From a virus, in the IMG/VR virus record IMGVR_UViG_3300013111_000141, positions 32,761 to 96,760 of that record: DNA of 64,000 nt. One strand, given 5' to 3'. Both the position numbers and the translations under genes were made by a program. Positions 60,932 through 64,000 of the stretch are shown here, piece after piece. Below the pieces are notes generated by a model. The model worked only from the letters and a program-made list of their open reading frames with translations. It was not told where the DNA came from and did not search any database. Every line of letters begins with the position of its first letter. Positions within the stretch are counted from its first letter, which is position 1.

Positions 60932-61656
60932 GTATTAGTAATATCAGTTGAAAACCCATAATCGTCAACAGGAGTAGATGTTATAGGATCAGGTGTAGTA
61001 ACAGAAGTTGATGATGCGCTATTATTAGTATCAGATACATTTGAAGTGATTTCTCGTATAATTGGAATATCTTTATCATTACCATATAAAAAACCTTTCA
61101 TCGTAAAGGATATAGTCCAAGTAATTGACCTTTTCGTATAAAAATCACCATCATAATCATCTTCTAATGATACCATATTTAATACTAATGGTGTATTCCT
61201 AAGTAAAGAATCACTAGATAATTCCTTTATGGGTATAGAAAATGATGGAGTGAAATACGGTAATATTTGTTCTAATATTTGTGTACCGTCATCTGCATTC
61301 TTTACCATTATAAATAAATCAAATTCAATATCATATGGAACTGGATTATATACAAATTTCTTTGATATAGATGTTATATCATGTGTATGACCACCAAGTT
61401 TAGATAATTTACGTTCTGAATCATATTGTAACGTAGTTATTTCAAATGCAATTCTAGGTAATTCTATGGTTTTATCATTACCATATATTAATGCCAAAAA
61501 TTTCTCACTAGGACCATACGCTAATGGTACTTTAATACTTTTTTGTATAGTATCATCCGAATTGCGTCTTACTATTGTTATATCATTGAAAATAGAACCA
61601 AATGCAATTACATAATTTCGTATTATACTGTTATATTGTTCATCATTACCTAACAT
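60928..61656 (-). CDS. 15: Tail sheath stabilizer gp15
   Basis: AFGSIFNDI, KVPLAYGP, LPRIAFE, PVPY, QILEQILPYF.P. Confidence 0.92.
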   Translation of the reverse strand: MLGNDEQYNSIIRNYVIAFGSIFNDITIVRRNSDDTIQKSIKVPLAYGPSEKFLALIYGNDKTIELPRIAFEITTLQYDSERKLSKLGGHTHDITSISKKFVYNPVPYDIEFDLFIMVKNADDGTQILEQILPYFTPSFSIPIKELSSDSLLRNTPLVLNMVSLEDDYDGDFYTKRSITWTISFTMKGFLYGNDKDIPIIREITSNVSDTNNSASSTSVTTPDPITSTPVDDYGFSTDITNT

Positions 61657-61667
61657 ATTATATCCTA

Positions 61668-62531
61668 TTAATAAGTTTCACTAAATGGGTTTTTAACTGA
61701 AAAATCTATAACTTCATCAGATTTACCATTAACACTAAAATTATCATTATCTGCGGTTACACTTGTTTCATTAAATATATATTCATGTGTTGCACCTAAC
61801 ATATATATAGAACCAGAAGTATCACCTTTCACATTATTATTTTGAATGAAATTACCATTCAAATCGTTTAATTTCAATACCTTAGTACCATTATTCCATG
61901 ATATAACCTTACCGGATGCGGTTAATGTATCAATATCAACACCTTGATATACTATTTCATCTATAATAAAATCACCAGAACCAGAACCTAATGTAAAATC
62001 AACTGTCACTATATTAAGATTAATGTCAACATTATCATCAATAAAGTCTAGTCCGGTGTCAATAACTTCATGTGAAAAATCAAATAATTCTGTAGTTATT
62101 TTATATATGTATTGCTTTCCTAATTGAAAAAATGGAACATCATCTTCAACAAATGTTATTGAAAATAGTTTATCGGCCATTGGGAAATATAATAAATCTC
62201 CTGCTAATGGTTGATCCATTCCAGTTTCATATTGAAATCTTTCAATAGATACATGTGTTATTAATTGATCTTTAATTTCCAAACCAAATTTAGACAAAAA
62301 GTCACCTTCACCCTCCCAACCATTGGCAGTTTCTATATACATTTCAATTAAAAATGAGTCACGAAATTCAACTAATGTCCGTTCATTAAAAATAGTGTCT
62401 TCATTCACACTATCTCGTTTTATATAATAAAAATTTACACCATGTATTTGAATAACTTCAGAAACAACATCAGATACTAAATTCTGTTCATTAACAATAT
62501 CTACTTGATTAAATATAGGATTAACTGCCAT
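61668..62531 (-). CDS. 14: Neck protein gp14
   Basis: EQNLV, IEMY, FLSKFG, GDLLYFP, PFFQLGK, DFSVKNPF. Confidence 0.9.
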   Translation of the reverse strand: MAVNPIFNQVDIVNEQNLVSDVVSEVIQIHGVNFYYIKRDSVNEDTIFNERTLVEFRDSFLIEMYIETANGWEGEGDFLSKFGLEIKDQLITHVSIERFQYETGMDQPLAGDLLYFPMADKLFSITFVEDDVPFFQLGKQYIYKITTELFDFSHEVIDTGLDFIDDNVDINLNIVTVDFTLGSGSGDFIIDEIVYQGVDIDTLTASGKVISWNNGTKVLKLNDLNGNFIQNNNVKGDTSGSIYMLGATHEYIFNETSVTADNDNFSVNGKSDEVIDFSVKNPFSETY

Positions 62532-62534
62532 ATC

Positions 62535-63278
62535 TTATCCAACCATGAAATCGCAAGGCAATTCGTATTTTAACGACATTTCTTCTTGTAATTTATTAAT
62601 CATTTCTGTGGATTCTGATATTAATCTAGCACCACTTAATGTAACACCACCTACCATTTCAACACCTTCATATTTGGATATATTTTCACCCCATTGACGT
62701 TTTATCAATGCAGTTGCATATTCTTTTAACCATCTATCATTCCATACATCTGTATAGGTATCGGGGTCTAAGATTTTCATAACTTCAATAATTATAATAT
62801 CACCTATACCCAATTTATTCCAATCCATATCTAATGATAATTTATTTAAATGTCTATTATATCTAATAGGTATATTATTAGTAGTATGTAATAAATCATT
62901 AATCATAGATATGTGTGATTGTGCCATATGATACGATACTAAATCCAATTGATTTAAATGATAAACATCATTCAATCTCATTTGATATTCTATACTAAAC
63001 ATATTATTAGAATGCAATTGTGTTAATGGTATAACTCGTTTAACACCTATAATTGTATCATTAATTGGTATATATCTATTAGTGAAGTCATCTTCAACTA
63101 ATATATGTTTCATGAAAACTTTCTCAACGGCATCATAATGATAATCACGATAGTATTCAAATGCATCATCCACACGATCTTCTATTTGTTCGGTAGATAC
63201 ATTAATTGTGATCACACCTTTCCCAAGTTTACGTAAACAATATTCCTTGAAATCTTCTCTATTTAATAATGTGGGCAT
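62535..63278 (-). CDS. 13: Neck protein gp13
   Basis: YCLRKLG..VI.INV...QIEDR, WLKEYATALIKRQWG.N. Confidence 0.92.
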   Translation of the reverse strand: MPTLLNREDFKEYCLRKLGKGVITINVSTEQIEDRVDDAFEYYRDYHYDAVEKVFMKHILVEDDFTNRYIPINDTIIGVKRVIPLTQLHSNNMFSIEYQMRLNDVYHLNQLDLVSYHMAQSHISMINDLLHTTNNIPIRYNRHLNKLSLDMDWNKLGIGDIIIIEVMKILDPDTYTDVWNDRWLKEYATALIKRQWGENISKYEGVEMVGGVTLSGARLISESTEMINKLQEEMSLKYELPCDFMVG

Positions 63279-63312
63279 TATAGTAATCCTTTATTATTTT
63301 CCATTTATTCTA

Positions 63313-63320
63313 TATTTATA
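63313..63320 (-). promoter_or_regulatory. T4-type late promoter
   Basis: TATAAATA upstream of gp13. Confidence 0.7.
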
Positions 63321-63334
63321 ATAATTCTTAAACA

Positions 63335-64000
63335 CTAACTAAAAATACCATGAGGTGACATAGATATTACCTCATATGAACCATAAACTCCATCAGTCGG
63401 AACTGTTGATATTATTAATTTTATTGGTGTGGTGCTAGACGATAAAGTAATACTTCTAGCAATTAATTCCGCACTGATGGCGTTGTTTGGATCATCATCC
63501 ACATCATTACAAGTTAAAGTTAATGTAGACCCATTACGAACCCATGTAAATCTACACCTCTTTGACGCTGGATACACACCATATGTATATGGATGAAATG
63601 CCCTCCATAAATCAGGACCATACGAAGAGTAATCTGTAAACTCGACATACCATTGAATACCAGTTCCACTAAGAGTATTATTATTTACAGAAATATCCCA
63701 AGATGATGGTATATCATGCACAGAATTAAAAGTAGTGACTCCTAATGTTATTTGTCCGTAGTTCTGTGGTTTATTACCAGCAATCACTATTGAACCAGAA
63801 TCCCCATTATTAATAAAATCAGACATATATAGATTCAACCCATTATAAAAATTAGTAGATGTTGTCTGACTTGTTGGAGAAAAAACAATATATTCTAACG
63901 GAAAAATCAAACTAAAGTTACTTATCGCATCTGCTACATTTGTTCCATCTGTCGCTCTGAATGTTATACTAAATGAACCCTCATTTGATTCATCCGTTGA
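63335..64000 (-). CDS. C-terminal part of a virion structural or fibre-like protein (5' end outside the window)
   Basis: Frame stays open to the window edge: STDESNEGSFSITFRATDGTN (Ig/cadherin-like strand), then a beta-rich domain. Confidence 0.6.
   Translation of the reverse strand, partial: STDESNEGSFSITFRATDGTNVADAISNFSLIFPLEYIVFSPTSQTTSTNFYNGLNLYMSDFINNGDSGSIVIAGNKPQNYGQITLGVTTFNSVHDIPSSWDISVNNNTLSGTGIQWYVEFTDYSSYGPDLWRAFHPYTYGVYPASKRCRFTWVRNGSTLTLTCNDVDDDPNNAISAELIARSITLSSSTTPIKLIISTVPTDGVYGSYEVISMSPHGIFS

Overview
The window is a segment of a large, AT-rich T4-like myophage genome with the gene order of marine T4-like phages. Every credible gene is on the minus strand. The right part holds the virion morphogenesis block (gp13-gp23, gp3, uvsY, uvsW) behind TATAAATA late promoters. 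The middle holds the replication block (gp55, 47, 46, 45, 44, 62, regA, 43, uvsX, 41, 61, nrdA). The left ~35 kb is an accessory region with an unusually rich set of host-like genes: a class-3 lipase, a FadJ/FadB-FadI/FadA beta-oxidation pair, isocitrate lyase, an acyltransferase-hydrolase fusion, DnaK-DnaJ, GST, Grx-NrdB, ThyX, dUTPase, two DNA methyltransferases, a tRNA(CAT) and a circularly permuted (two-piece) tmRNA. The main leads are: (1) a ~280-nt highly structured, unexplained RNA nested in the intervening segment of the permuted tmRNA; (2) a possible phage-encoded route from lipid to acetyl-CoA to the glyoxylate shunt; (3) back-to-back sigma70 promoters at ~47.35 kb, one firing antisense with no ORF, at an apparent strand-skew switch (candidate R-loop origin); (4) a late operon of capsid-targeted ligase-like and ParB-like proteins. 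All calls come from reading motifs by eye; no database searches were run.
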